A DNA stretch of 64,000 bases from a virus (IMGVR_UViG_3300042866_001263); one strand, 5' to 3'; counted from the first letter of the stretch, positions 28,970-38,905 are shown. A program made the numbers and translations. Notes: generated by a model from the sequence alone, not told the origin.

Positions 28970-29379
28970 CCAAAACATTAGTGAATTTTCAATCAGAAAG
29001 CACCGCATCTGGTGATGAGTTTGAAAAACTTGTAGTGAAGGATCTAGTATCAAAGGGATACAATATTATTTCTACCAATAAAAAAATTCCCGAAATTGGC
29101 GTGAACGTAGATGTAATCGCTGAAAAGAATGGAGTTGTAGAATATATCGAAGACAAAGGTGGTAAACCTGGAAAGGGTAAACGACCTGGAGCTGAACGAA
29201 CAGATAATGTAAAAAAAGCAATCTGTAATGGAGCACTTTTAAAAGCAAAGCATCCAAACGTTTGCTATGTAATTTATTTTTCTGCCAAACCAAAGCCTGG
29301 TAATTCATCTGAAGAGATGCTGAACACTGCTATTGAATTTGGTTTTGTTGACGAAGTTAGGTATCTTTCTTATGAGTGA
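28966..29379 (+). CDS. PD-(D/E)xK nuclease-like protein
   Basis: GDEFEKLV...VDVIAE...YIEDKGG; AT-rich. Confidence 0.6.
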   Translation: MTKTLVNFQSESTASGDEFEKLVVKDLVSKGYNIISTNKKIPEIGVNVDVIAEKNGVVEYIEDKGGKPGKGKRPGAERTDNVKKAICNGALLKAKHPNVCYVIYFSAKPKPGNSSEEMLNTAIEFGFVDEVRYLSYE

Positions 29380-29584
29380 TTATGAATGGATTGACGAATG
29401 TTTCCGTGTCGAACAGAAACGCTTTGGAACTTGGACTAGCTACGATAAAGAAGGTGCGGGCATCCTCACCACACTTGATAAGGAACACCTTATCTCTTCG
29501 ACCCGTTGGTATCTACGAGCAAAACAAGAAGGGTTCCCTGACCCAACTATTCAATACGATGGAACTGTTGGAGGCAAACTATGA
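29372..29584 (+). CDS. Conserved hypothetical protein
   Basis: WIDECFRVEQKRFGTWTSYD...YDGTVGGKL. Confidence 0.75.
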   Translation: MSDYEWIDECFRVEQKRFGTWTSYDKEGAGILTTLDKEHLISSTRWYLRAKQEGFPDPTIQYDGTVGGKL

Positions 29585-30621
29585 AGATCGCACTGATCAC
29601 TGACCAACACCTTGATGGACGCAAAGGATCTCTACCATTCTGGAATTACTTTCAGAAGTTCTATGATGAGGTATTCTTTCCTACACTAGAGAAGAAAAAA
29701 GTTACTCATATCATTGACCTTGGAGATACCTTTGACAACCGTAAGTCAATGGACTTCAATACATTTCATCGTGTAAAGGAGAATTACTTTGACAAACTAC
29801 AAGGTTACAAAGTTCATATGCTTCTTGGTAATCATTGTACTTATTACAAGAATACCAATCGTATCAACTCACCTGAACTCCTACTGGAACAGTATTCAAA
29901 CATCAGCATTTATGCTTCACCAAAGCATCTTACAATAGGCAGTAAGAAGTTTCTGATGTTGCCTTGGATCAACACAGAGAACCGTGATGAGGTCTTAAAG
30001 CTACTTGAAACTTCCGATGCTGATATTTGTTGCGGTCACCTTGAACTTACTGGGTTTGAAGTTACACCTGGAATGACGATGGATCATGGCATGGATGCTG
30101 GTTTGTTTCATCGTTTTAATCGTGTGTGGTCTGGACATTTCCATCATCGTTCAAAGAAAGGAAACGTTCAGTATCTTGGCAATCCCTATCAGATGTACTG
30201 GAATGATTACAAGGACACCCGTGGATTTCATATTTACGATACTCAAAGTGATAAACTTGAGTATATCCCAAACCCGTTTGAAATCTTCGACAAGATCATC
30301 TATGATGACACGAAGGCAGATTACAACAAACAAGATGTGTCTGATTATAAAGACAAGTACATCAAGATCGTCGTTGATGAAAAACGAGACTACCAAATGT
30401 TTGAAACACTGGTTGATCGTCTTTACAACGTAGGTGTTCATGATGTCAAGATTGTTGAAAATCTTGTTGGCGAAGACAGCAAAACCGACATTGATATCTC
30501 CGCAAAAGATACATTGACACTTCTAAACGAATACATTGATGAAGTAGAAATGTCTGTAAGTAAGTCTGATCTCAAGACACTTATGAGATCTCTATATATT
30601 GAGAGTTGTAACGTCTCGTAA
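29581..30621 (+). CDS. gp47: Recombination nuclease (Mre11-like)
   Basis: ITDQH, LGDTFD, LGNH, GH, WSGHFH metallophosphoesterase motifs. Confidence 0.97.
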   Translation: MKIALITDQHLDGRKGSLPFWNYFQKFYDEVFFPTLEKKKVTHIIDLGDTFDNRKSMDFNTFHRVKENYFDKLQGYKVHMLLGNHCTYYKNTNRINSPELLLEQYSNISIYASPKHLTIGSKKFLMLPWINTENRDEVLKLLETSDADICCGHLELTGFEVTPGMTMDHGMDAGLFHRFNRVWSGHFHHRSKKGNVQYLGNPYQMYWNDYKDTRGFHIYDTQSDKLEYIPNPFEIFDKIIYDDTKADYNKQDVSDYKDKYIKIVVDEKRDYQMFETLVDRLYNVGVHDVKIVENLVGEDSKTDIDISAKDTLTLLNEYIDEVEMSVSKSDLKTLMRSLYIESCNVS

Positions 30622-30622
30622 A

Positions 30623-30886
30623 ATGTTCATCGTAACCTTGGAAGATCAGCCAGACGGTGTGTATTCTATCTTTGATGATAGCGAGGATAGAGTAATTCCT
30701 ATCTTTCAGGAGGAAGATGATGCAGACAGATACCTGATGATGTTACAAGAAGATGTGGATTACCCACCAATGCAGATCGTAGAGATTGACGACCATGTTA
30801 TAATAGGAGCATGTCAAGAGAGAGGACATAGGTTCTCTATCATAACTCCTGATGACCTTTTGATACCACCCGATGATTTAGAATGA
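30623..30886 (+). CDS. DUF3110-like protein
   Basis: GVYSI...IFQEEDDADRY..ML...IPP pattern as recalled for cyanobacterial DUF3110. Confidence 0.55.
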   Translation: MFIVTLEDQPDGVYSIFDDSEDRVIPIFQEEDDADRYLMMLQEDVDYPPMQIVEIDDHVIIGACQERGHRFSIITPDDLLIPPDDLE

Positions 30887-32613
30887 TTATTTTTAAAAAG
30901 ATCCGATGGAAAAACTTTCTCTCTACTGGGAACGTTTTTAGTGAAGTGGATTTACAAACATCAAGAACTAATTTGATTATCGGGTCCAACGGAGCTGGTA
31001 AGAGCACCATTCTGGATGCCCTTACTTTCTCTTTGTTTGGCAAACCATTTCGTAAGATCAATAAGCCACTGCTGGTTAATAGTATCAACGAAAAAGACTG
31101 TCTTACCGAAATTGAATTTAGCATCGGCAAGAGTGATTACAAAGTGGTTCGTGGGATCAAACCGAATAGATTTGAGATCTACTGTAATGATCAGTTGTGG
31201 AACCAAGAAAGCACAGTTGTAGATCAGCAAAAGAACTTTGAACAAAACGTTCTCAAACTGAATTACAAATCATTCACCCAGATCGTGGTACTTGGTTCTT
31301 CAACCTTTGTTCCTTTCATGCGTTTGCCTCTGGCACAACGTCGAGAGATCATCGAAGATATCCTTGACATTCAAGTATTCTCCACGATGAATATTCTTCT
31401 CAAAGATAAAGTCAGAGAGAATAACGAAGAGATCAAGAACCTCGATTACGAACTTCACCTTCTAGAAGAGAAGATCGATCTTCAGAAAAAGTATATGCTT
31501 GAACTGGAGAAGAAAACTAAAGAAGAGATTGACCGTAAGCAAGGTAAGATTGCTGTAATGTTAGAAGATGAAAACACACATCATCATGAGATTGAGCGTC
31601 TGACTTCTGAAGTCGAAAAACATTCTAAAGAAATGGAAGACCTCTCAAATTCTTCCTCCAAGCTAAAGAAGTTGAACACTTTTCTTTTCAAAATCCAATC
31701 GAAACTTACATCCTGTCAAAAAGAACATCAGTTCTTTACAGACAATCATGTGTGTCCTACCTGCACTCAAGACTTGAGTGAAGAATTCAGACAAAGTAAA
31801 ATTGCTGATGGGGAAGGAGAACTGAATAACCTACAGACAGGAATTCAGGATTTACTTGATGCCATCTCTAAAGAGGAGGAGCGAGAAAATGAATTCTCAA
31901 GACTATCAAAAATTATACTTGGCTTCAACGCTTCTATTACTCAAGCGAATTATCAGATTACTTCCATACGAAAAGCAATCGGTGATATAGAAACCGAGAT
32001 TAAAGAACTGGAAGGAAGCAGTCCAGATAAGAAAGCAGAGTTCGTCAAACTTGAAGGACTTGTTACGAATAAAAAAGATTTGAGCAAGACCTTTGCCGAA
32101 TACAAGAAAGATCGTGATACACTGTTAGTGGCATCGCAGTTGTTGAAAGACAATGGGATCAAGACTAGGATTATCAAAACCTATCTCCCAGCGATGAACC
32201 AACTGATCAATCAATATCTTCAGCGTATGGACTTCTATGTGAATTTCACGTTGAACGAAAACTTTGAAGAGATCATCAAATCTAGATATCGTGATGTGTT
32301 TTCTTATGATAGTTTCAGTGAAGGAGAAAAAGCTAGGATTGATATTGCTTTGTTGCTTACTTGGAGAGCTATTGCTAAGCTCAAGAATAGCGTGGATACT
32401 AACCTCCTTATTCTAGATGAGATCTTTGATAGTTCTTTGGATCAGCAAGGTGGCAGCGATCTTGGTTGGATCCTACGAAACTTTGATGAAAGTACAAATG
32501 TATATGTCATCAGTCATCGAGAACAACTAGAAGGAAAGTTTGATAGAACAATTACAGCGGTGAAGGAAAAGAACTTCTCCGTCATCCAGCAGACAGTTTC
32601 TGAACTGGACTAG
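30883..32613 (+). CDS. gp46: Recombination ATPase (Rad50-like)
   Basis: GSNGAGKST, CPTC zinc hook, FSEGEKARID, LILDE. Confidence 0.97.
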   Translation: MIIFKKIRWKNFLSTGNVFSEVDLQTSRTNLIIGSNGAGKSTILDALTFSLFGKPFRKINKPLLVNSINEKDCLTEIEFSIGKSDYKVVRGIKPNRFEIYCNDQLWNQESTVVDQQKNFEQNVLKLNYKSFTQIVVLGSSTFVPFMRLPLAQRREIIEDILDIQVFSTMNILLKDKVRENNEEIKNLDYELHLLEEKIDLQKKYMLELEKKTKEEIDRKQGKIAVMLEDENTHHHEIERLTSEVEKHSKEMEDLSNSSSKLKKLNTFLFKIQSKLTSCQKEHQFFTDNHVCPTCTQDLSEEFRQSKIADGEGELNNLQTGIQDLLDAISKEEERENEFSRLSKIILGFNASITQANYQITSIRKAIGDIETEIKELEGSSPDKKAEFVKLEGLVTNKKDLSKTFAEYKKDRDTLLVASQLLKDNGIKTRIIKTYLPAMNQLINQYLQRMDFYVNFTLNENFEEIIKSRYRDVFSYDSFSEGEKARIDIALLLTWRAIAKLKNSVDTNLLILDEIFDSSLDQQGGSDLGWILRNFDESTNVYVISHREQLEGKFDRTITAVKEKNFSVIQQTVSELD

Positions 32614-32648
32614 GGGTGCCTCCAAGGGGGTGCCCCTTTTGCTATGCT
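32612..32648 (+). terminator. G-U-rich terminator hairpin merged with an extended -10 element (TGC-TATGCT)
   Basis: AGGGGTGCCTC-CAAG-GGGGTGCCCCT followed by TTT and GCTATGCT. Confidence 0.6.
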
Positions 32649-32671
32649 TACCACATCAGCAAAAGAGACCC

Positions 32672-34828
32672 ATGACCCGCCAAGAAATCAAAGGCAACCT
32701 TGCCCGACTGCTAGCAACCGAGAACCTCGTTGTAGAGCACCGTAACTGCCCCACAGCATGTTTCAACGTGGAAACCCGTGTGCTGACCCTGCCGAACTGG
32801 GATCGTGCTTCTGGGACCGTCTACGATATGCTGGTGGGTCATGAGGTGGGACACGCTCTCTTCACCCCTAACGAAGACTGGACCGAGAAAGCAGATTGTC
32901 CTAAAGATTTCATCAACGTGATCGAAGATGCACGTATTGAGAAGATGATGAAGCGTAAGTATCCTGGTCTGCGTAAGTCTTTTGCTGGTGGGTATCAAGA
33001 ACTGAATGCCCAGGATTTCTTTGGTATCGCTAATGATGATCTGAATACTTACAGTCTGATTGACCGTATCAATCTTCACTTCAAGGTTGGTGCTAGTGCT
33101 TTCATTCCTTTTGCTGCTGATGAGCAAGTGTTTGTCACTCGCACAGATGAAGCAGAAAGCTTTGATGAGGTGCTCCAAATTGCTGTAGATGTGTATGAAT
33201 TCAGCAAGAAAGAGCAAGAACTTGAGGAAGTAAATGTTAATGTTGATATTGACCAGACCACTCAAGGTGGGGGTGGTTCCACTCAATTTGGGGGTGATGA
33301 TGAACCTGAAGAAGGTGATGCTGACGAGAACCAACCTTCCAGCAATTCTGATCAGCAAGGTCAGCAGACTGGTGGTGCTACTCAACCGAAAGGTGAGGAT
33401 GCTGATGCTGCTGGTGATGAAGGTGACGATGAGAGTTCTAAAACTCAAGACGCATTTGATCGTGCTGCTGAACGTCTGACCAACACGTTCTCTGGTGGTA
33501 ATACTTATTACGTTGAGATCCCAGAGAGCGTAGTTCTTGATGACTATGTTGCTGACTGGACTGAAATTCATGACTGGATTGATCAGCAGCGTGAAGCTAG
33601 TAATCATCTGCCTGATAATGCTTATGAAGGTGTCGATATCGAATATCAATCCTTCCGTAAGCAATCACAGAAAGAAGTGAATTACCTTGTTAAGGAGTTT
33701 GAGTGTCGCAAGTCTGCCGATGCTTATGCTCGTGCTGGTCAATCCAAGACTGGTGTGCTTGACACCACCAAACTTCATACCTATCTTTACAACGAAGATA
33801 TCTTCAAGAAAGTTACTGTTCTTCCTGACGGTAAGAACCATGGTCTGCTGTTCCTTCTGGACTGGTCTGGTTCGATGCAGCGTGAGATCTTTGCTACTGT
33901 CAAACAGCTTCTGAACCTTACTGCCTTCTGTAAGAAAGTTCAGATCCCGTTTGAGGTGTATGCTTTCACGAATGATTACTTCCCTGTTCGTCGTATGAAG
34001 CAAGGCAAAGATCAATACATCTCTAATGATGAATACTTCTCTGCTAATGGTTGCCATGAAGGCAAAGTGTATCTTCAGAAAGGTATGTTCCATCTGATGA
34101 ACTTTGTATCTTCTCGTTCTAACGGTAAAGACTATGAGCGTATGTGCCGTAATCTTTATCGAGAAGCATATACCTATACCTATCACACCTATTACAGTTC
34201 TACTACTGGTCTTGGATTGTCTGGCACTCCTCTGAACGAGGGTATTGTGATGCTCAACTACATCATTCCTCAGTTCAAGAAACAGAACGATCTTCAGAAA
34301 GTGAATGTCTGTATTCTTTCTGACGGTGAAGCTTGCCAGACTTCCTATGGTCGCAAACTGTATGACGAATACCGTGATCATTCTTATGTTCGTCCTCGCC
34401 GTCTTGACAGTAATGCTTGTTTGCGTGATCGTCAGACTGGTCGTGTCTATAAGTCTTTTGAAGGTTGGGATGGTAATACCAACATCTTCCTTCAGCAACT
34501 GCGTGACCGTAACCCTGGCGTGAATGTGTTGGGTTTCCGTATTCTTTCTGGTTCCCAACTCTCTAACTTTGTTTGTTCCTATGCTGACGTTGCCCACTAT
34601 GGTGAGGTTCAGAAGCAGTGGAAGAAAGAGAAGTCTGCCATCATCCCCCATCCCAAAGCATTCACCGCTCTCTATGCGATTAGTAACAGTTCTCTTGACG
34701 AGAGCTCTGCGTTCGATGTAGAGTCTGGTGCAAAGAAGGGTGATATCACCAAGGCATTCAAAAAGATGCTGAGTTCTAAAACCACCAACAAAAAACTTCT
34801 CAATTCTTTCGTGGAGTATGTCGCATGA
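32672..34828 (+). CDS. Metallopeptidase-motif / VWA (CobT-like) protein
   Basis: HEVGH, NVIEDARIE, acidic linker, LLDWSGSM MIDAS motif, GTPL, ILSDGE. Confidence 0.85.
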   Translation: MTRQEIKGNLARLLATENLVVEHRNCPTACFNVETRVLTLPNWDRASGTVYDMLVGHEVGHALFTPNEDWTEKADCPKDFINVIEDARIEKMMKRKYPGLRKSFAGGYQELNAQDFFGIANDDLNTYSLIDRINLHFKVGASAFIPFAADEQVFVTRTDEAESFDEVLQIAVDVYEFSKKEQELEEVNVNVDIDQTTQGGGGSTQFGGDDEPEEGDADENQPSSNSDQQGQQTGGATQPKGEDADAAGDEGDDESSKTQDAFDRAAERLTNTFSGGNTYYVEIPESVVLDDYVADWTEIHDWIDQQREASNHLPDNAYEGVDIEYQSFRKQSQKEVNYLVKEFECRKSADAYARAGQSKTGVLDTTKLHTYLYNEDIFKKVTVLPDGKNHGLLFLLDWSGSMQREIFATVKQLLNLTAFCKKVQIPFEVYAFTNDYFPVRRMKQGKDQYISNDEYFSANGCHEGKVYLQKGMFHLMNFVSSRSNGKDYERMCRNLYREAYTYTYHTYYSSTTGLGLSGTPLNEGIVMLNYIIPQFKKQNDLQKVNVCILSDGEACQTSYGRKLYDEYRDHSYVRPRRLDSNACLRDRQTGRVYKSFEGWDGNTNIFLQQLRDRNPGVNVLGFRILSGSQLSNFVCSYADVAHYGEVQKQWKKEKSAIIPHPKAFTALYAISNSSLDESSAFDVESGAKKGDITKAFKKMLSSKTTNKKLLNSFVEYVA

Positions 34829-35334
34829 ACATCTTTGTCACTTCCCCGTTTCCTGCAGAGAGTGCTATTTGTTTGCCAGATAAACATATCGTAAAGATGC
34901 CACTTGAGTGTTGCCAGATGCTATCCATCGTGGCATCCAAGTGGTATCACAATTATGGTCCTATTCATAAAGCAGATGGTATCGCATATCGTACAGAAAA
35001 GGGTGCGTTTCGCAACCATCCCTGTACAAAGTGGGCATCTGAAACTATTGACAACGCCTACTGGTTGATCAAGTGGGGTATGAATTTGTGTGATGAATAC
35101 TCTGTTCGTTATGGCAAGTTTCATTCTTGCTATAACACTTTGCTTGAAGCATATTATCTTTTCCCCAAAGGTAAGATCACGGAGGTGACACCATTTGCTC
35201 GTGCGATGCCTGATGAATACAAATATGATACGAGCATCTCTACATTCGATGCTTACAAAATGTATATCGCTAGTAAACCTTGGGTCGCATCCAACTACCT
35301 GCGTGTGCCAGCTCGCAAACCGTCCTGGGTCTGA
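34825..35334 (+). CDS. Pyrimidine-dimer DNA glycosylase / endonuclease V-like protein
   Basis: MNIF...DKHIVKMPLECCQMLS...NHPCTKW. Confidence 0.7.
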   Translation: MNIFVTSPFPAESAICLPDKHIVKMPLECCQMLSIVASKWYHNYGPIHKADGIAYRTEKGAFRNHPCTKWASETIDNAYWLIKWGMNLCDEYSVRYGKFHSCYNTLLEAYYLFPKGKITEVTPFARAMPDEYKYDTSISTFDAYKMYIASKPWVASNYLRVPARKPSWV

Positions 35335-35386
35335 CGCCAGACCACCCCTCCTGCCCTATAATAACTACATCAACGAAATGACCAAA

Positions 35387-36517
35387 ATGCCTGCCAAATC
35401 TGACGTTACCACTGAGCAACTGACTTCTTACCTGTCCAACAATTTCGGCAACGATATCAACGCTGCCCAGGTTCAGGATGCTTGTGGTGTCTTTGGTATC
35501 ACTTATGCTACTGCTACCAAGCGACTGCGTGACTTCTATGTGAAACGTGGCACTTGGAACCTGACTGTTCAGGAACGCCTTGAGCAAACCTATCAATCTC
35601 CTGCTGCTGCTCCTGCTGTTGGTGTTACCGTTCGGGAAGAACAGAACCTTATTCCTGCCAAAGATGGCAACTATGTCCCGTTCGGGAATTTCTCTGACGT
35701 AAAGAAGATCATTCAATCCCGCCTCTTCTACCCCACTTTTATCACTGGTCTGTCTGGTAACGGTAAGACTTTCTCTGTTGAGCAAGCGTGTGCTCAACTA
35801 AATAGGGAGCTCATCCGTGTGAATATCACCATTGAGACTGACGAGGATGATCTTATTGGTGGGTTCCGTCTTGTTGCTGGCGAAACTGTCTGGCATAATG
35901 GACCCGTCGTGGAGGCTCTGGAACGTGGAGCTATTCTCCTTCTAGACGAGGTTGATCTGGCATCCAATAAGATCCTCTGCCTGCAATCTATTCTTGAGGG
36001 TAAAGGTATTTTCCTGAAGAAGATTGGCAAGTTCGTTCAACCTGCTGCTGGTTTCAACATCTTCGCCACCGCCAACACCAAAGGCAAGGGTTCTGAAGAT
36101 GGACGTTTCATCGGCACCAACGTTCTGAACGAAGCATTCCTTGAGCGTTTTGCTCTCACGTTTGAGCAAGACTATCCTACCGTCACTATCGAGACTAACA
36201 TTCTCAAGAAAGTTGCTGCTTCTCTGGGCATTGATGATGTTGAGTTCTGTGAGAACCTTGCCAACTGGGCAGACATTATCCGTAAAACTTTCAAAGATGG
36301 TGGTATCGATGAGGTGATCTCCACCCGTCGTCTGGTTCACATCATCCGTGCCTTTGCTATCTGGCAGGATCGTATCAAAGCTATCAAGGTCTGTGTCAAT
36401 CGTTTTGATGATGAGACCAAGCAATCTTTCATCGAACTGTATGATAAGATTGATGCTAAGGTAGAAACCAAGGAAGAAACTAAGGAGGAAGGCATCCATG
36501 TCGAATACGAACTTTGA
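35387..36517 (+). CDS. cobS: CobS/MoxR-like AAA+ ATPase
   Basis: GLSGNGKT, LLLDEVD, TANTKGKG, AFLERF; TATAAT at 35357-35362 upstream. Confidence 0.92.
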   Translation: MPAKSDVTTEQLTSYLSNNFGNDINAAQVQDACGVFGITYATATKRLRDFYVKRGTWNLTVQERLEQTYQSPAAAPAVGVTVREEQNLIPAKDGNYVPFGNFSDVKKIIQSRLFYPTFITGLSGNGKTFSVEQACAQLNRELIRVNITIETDEDDLIGGFRLVAGETVWHNGPVVEALERGAILLLDEVDLASNKILCLQSILEGKGIFLKKIGKFVQPAAGFNIFATANTKGKGSEDGRFIGTNVLNEAFLERFALTFEQDYPTVTIETNILKKVAASLGIDDVEFCENLANWADIIRKTFKDGGIDEVISTRRLVHIIRAFAIWQDRIKAIKVCVNRFDDETKQSFIELYDKIDAKVETKEETKEEGIHVEYEL

Positions 36518-36674
36518 TAAGTTCCACGGGTATGTAAATCATCTTGCCGTCCTTGATGGCGGCAAGACCGTGAAGATCCTAGGTGGCGAGGGTCTGAAGT
36601 TATTTGTCAAAGACCTTGACGGCAACGTTCAAGAATGCTACCATAGTAATATTCAAATGATCTGGAACAAGTGA
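36498..36674 (+). CDS. 58-aa hypothetical protein (not in ORF track)
   Basis: MSNTNFDKFHGYVNHLAVLDGGKTVKILGG...; AAGGAGG upstream. Confidence 0.6.
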   Translation: MSNTNFDKFHGYVNHLAVLDGGKTVKILGGEGLKLFVKDLDGNVQECYHSNIQMIWNK

Positions 36675-36675
36675 A

Positions 36676-36963
36676 ATGAATTTCAAATATAATGAAGACG
36701 CAATCATTAACGAGTTGCGTGACTACATCGTGAATACCTATAAACAACATTACTCTGCTGGTGATGACAAAATCCAAACACTGGATCTGATTGAAGCATG
36801 TGGTGATGGTGAACGTTTCTGTCGTAGCAACATCCTAAAGTATGCTTCTCGCTATGATAAGAAAGGTAGTGCTCGCATGGACATCATGAAGGTGCTACAC
36901 TATGCCGTGCTTCTTATGCACTTCAACGATAAAAACGCTACCCGTGAAGATTACAACCGATGA
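36676..36963 (+). CDS. DUF3310-like protein
   Basis: HY...IQTLDLIE...NILKYASRYDKKG...KVLHY. Confidence 0.75.
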   Translation: MNFKYNEDAIINELRDYIVNTYKQHYSAGDDKIQTLDLIEACGDGERFCRSNILKYASRYDKKGSARMDIMKVLHYAVLLMHFNDKNATREDYNR

Positions 36964-37625
36964 GTAAAGTAACCCTGTCTAAAAAAACCTTTGATGTCCT
37001 CAAAAACTTCTCCACTATCAATTCCTCCATCGTATTCCGAAAGGGAAGCACAGTACGCACGATTAGCAATGCAGAAAACATTCTCGCAGCGTTCTCTAGT
37101 GAAGAAGTATTTCCTATGGACTTCGCAATTTATGATCTCAGTCAGTTTCTTTCTGGGATCTCTTTGTTTGACCGTCCTGAGCTTGAGTTCTCATCTAGCG
37201 ATTTTGTCAGCATCCGTGGCAGTGGTAAGTCTGCTCGCTACTATTTCTCTGATCCTGAAATTACGCTCAAATCTGCGCCTGAAAAGAATGTAAAGTTCCC
37301 TGGTGCTGATATCCAGTTCAACATCACTGGTGAAGATCTGCTTTCACTTCAGAAAGCATCTGCTGTTTATAGTCTTCCTGATCTGACGTTCCAGAGCGAA
37401 GACAACGAAATCAAACTCATCCTTCGTGACAAAGAGAATGATACCAGCAATACTTACGAGCAATCCATTTCTGGTGATTGTACTGGCGATTATTCACTGG
37501 ATGTTAAGATTGAAAACATCCGTCTGTTCCCTGGTGATTATGTTGTCAAAGTATCTAAACATCTCATTTCCGAATGGACCAATCAAAATCTCGACCTGAC
37601 CTATTATATTGCACTGGAGCCCTGA
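36960..37625 (+). CDS. gp45: Sliding clamp
   Basis: LKNFSTINSSI, FAIYDLSQFL, YYIALE. Confidence 0.95.
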   Translation: MSKVTLSKKTFDVLKNFSTINSSIVFRKGSTVRTISNAENILAAFSSEEVFPMDFAIYDLSQFLSGISLFDRPELEFSSSDFVSIRGSGKSARYYFSDPEITLKSAPEKNVKFPGADIQFNITGEDLLSLQKASAVYSLPDLTFQSEDNEIKLILRDKENDTSNTYEQSISGDCTGDYSLDVKIENIRLFPGDYVVKVSKHLISEWTNQNLDLTYYIALEP

Positions 37626-37628
37626 CTA

Positions 37629-37964
37629 TTGAAACACATTCTTTTTACCCTGAAGGGGTGTGCTGCTGAAGATCTTGATGATGAAGGTTTCATCCGAGAC
37701 ACTTTGTATCAAGCAGCAAAGTGGTGTAAATCAACTCTGATTGCTTTACATTCACATAAGTTTTCTCCTCAAGGTGTCACTGCTGTTGCTCTGCTTGCTG
37801 AAAGTCATATCAGCATTCATACTTGGCCAGAGAATGGCACAGCAGTTTGTGATATCTTTACTTGTGGAGATCACACCGTTCCAGAGGATGGTGTAGAATA
37901 CATGCGAGCAGAATTGAATGCTGCTGAGATTGTGACGAAAACTATTTTGAGAGATTTGGAATGA
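37629..37964 (+). CDS. speD: S-adenosylmethionine decarboxylase proenzyme
   Basis: HKFSPQGVTAVALLAESHISIHTWPE...DIFTCG. Confidence 0.95.
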   Translation: MKHILFTLKGCAAEDLDDEGFIRDTLYQAAKWCKSTLIALHSHKFSPQGVTAVALLAESHISIHTWPENGTAVCDIFTCGDHTVPEDGVEYMRAELNAAEIVTKTILRDLE

Positions 37965-38905
37965 GTAAAGAGTTCTTGTGGGTTGAGAAGTACCGTCCTT
38001 CCATCGTGGAGGATTGCATCCTTCCAGAAAATATCAAGGAAGTATTCAAAGGATTTATTGCACAAGAAGAGATCCCTAACCTTCTACTTACTGGCACTGC
38101 TGGTGTCGGAAAGACCACAATTGCCAAAGCGTTATGTAATGAGATCGGGGCTTCCTATATCATCATTAACGGTTCGGACGAGGGGCGCTTCCTCGATACG
38201 GTCCGCAACCGTGTCAGGCAGTTCGCCACGACGATCTCTCTGACCTCTGGGGCGTCCCACAAGGTCGTCATCATCGACGAGGCGGACAACACCACCAACG
38301 ACGTGCAACTGTCCCTCAGGACCGCCGTGGAGGAGTTCCATGGCAACTGCCGCTTCATCTTCACTTGTAACTTCATCAACAAGATTATTGAACCTCTCCA
38401 TTCCCGTTGCACGGTTGTGGATTTCAGGATCAAACCAGACCAGGCAGTTCAACTTCAAGGTGAGTTCTTTACTCGCCTGAAAACTATTCTGACCCACGAA
38501 CAGGTTGAGTATGAAGATAAAGTCCTCGCCAAGCTTGTCAAGCGATACTATCCAGACTGGCGCCGTCTTATCAACGAATGTCAGCGTTATGCTGCGACTG
38601 GCGCTATCAGTTCCGCTATTCTTGTTGATGTCGCTGATGTCAATTTGGATGCTCTACTCACTTCCCTGAAGAAGAAAGAGTTTACTACTGTGAAGAACTG
38701 GGTGGTCCAGCATCTCGATAATGACCCCAGCATGATGATGCGTAAGGTTTATGATAGTCTGTATGATGTTCTTACGCCTTCTTCTATTCCTGAGGCAGTA
38801 TTAATCATTGCAAAATATATGCGAGATATTACAATTGTGCCTGATCAAGAGGTAAATATGTTGGCGTGTCTTACAGAACTCATGATGAGTTGTGAATTCA
38901 GATGA
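37961..38905 (+). CDS. gp44: Clamp loader large subunit
   Basis: LWVEKYRP, GTAGVGKTT, IIDEAD, PLHSRC. Confidence 0.97.
   Translation: MSKEFLWVEKYRPSIVEDCILPENIKEVFKGFIAQEEIPNLLLTGTAGVGKTTIAKALCNEIGASYIIINGSDEGRFLDTVRNRVRQFATTISLTSGASHKVVIIDEADNTTNDVQLSLRTAVEEFHGNCRFIFTCNFINKIIEPLHSRCTVVDFRIKPDQAVQLQGEFFTRLKTILTHEQVEYEDKVLAKLVKRYYPDWRRLINECQRYAATGAISSAILVDVADVNLDALLTSLKKKEFTTVKNWVVQHLDNDPSMMMRKVYDSLYDVLTPSSIPEAVLIIAKYMRDITIVPDQEVNMLACLTELMMSCEFR

Noticed and set aside
32711-34651. Two long contiguous minus-strand ORFs (317 and 328 aa)
   Set aside because: They are in exact codon register with the VWA gene and arise because it avoids TTA/CTA/TCA. They have no RBS or recognisable motifs. The same applies to 35270-35797, 35942-36499, 44131-44688 and 50534-51289.
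38132-38497. Minus-strand ORFs over the GC-rich patch of gp44
   Set aside because: Explained by local GC richness; no promoter, RBS or motif support.
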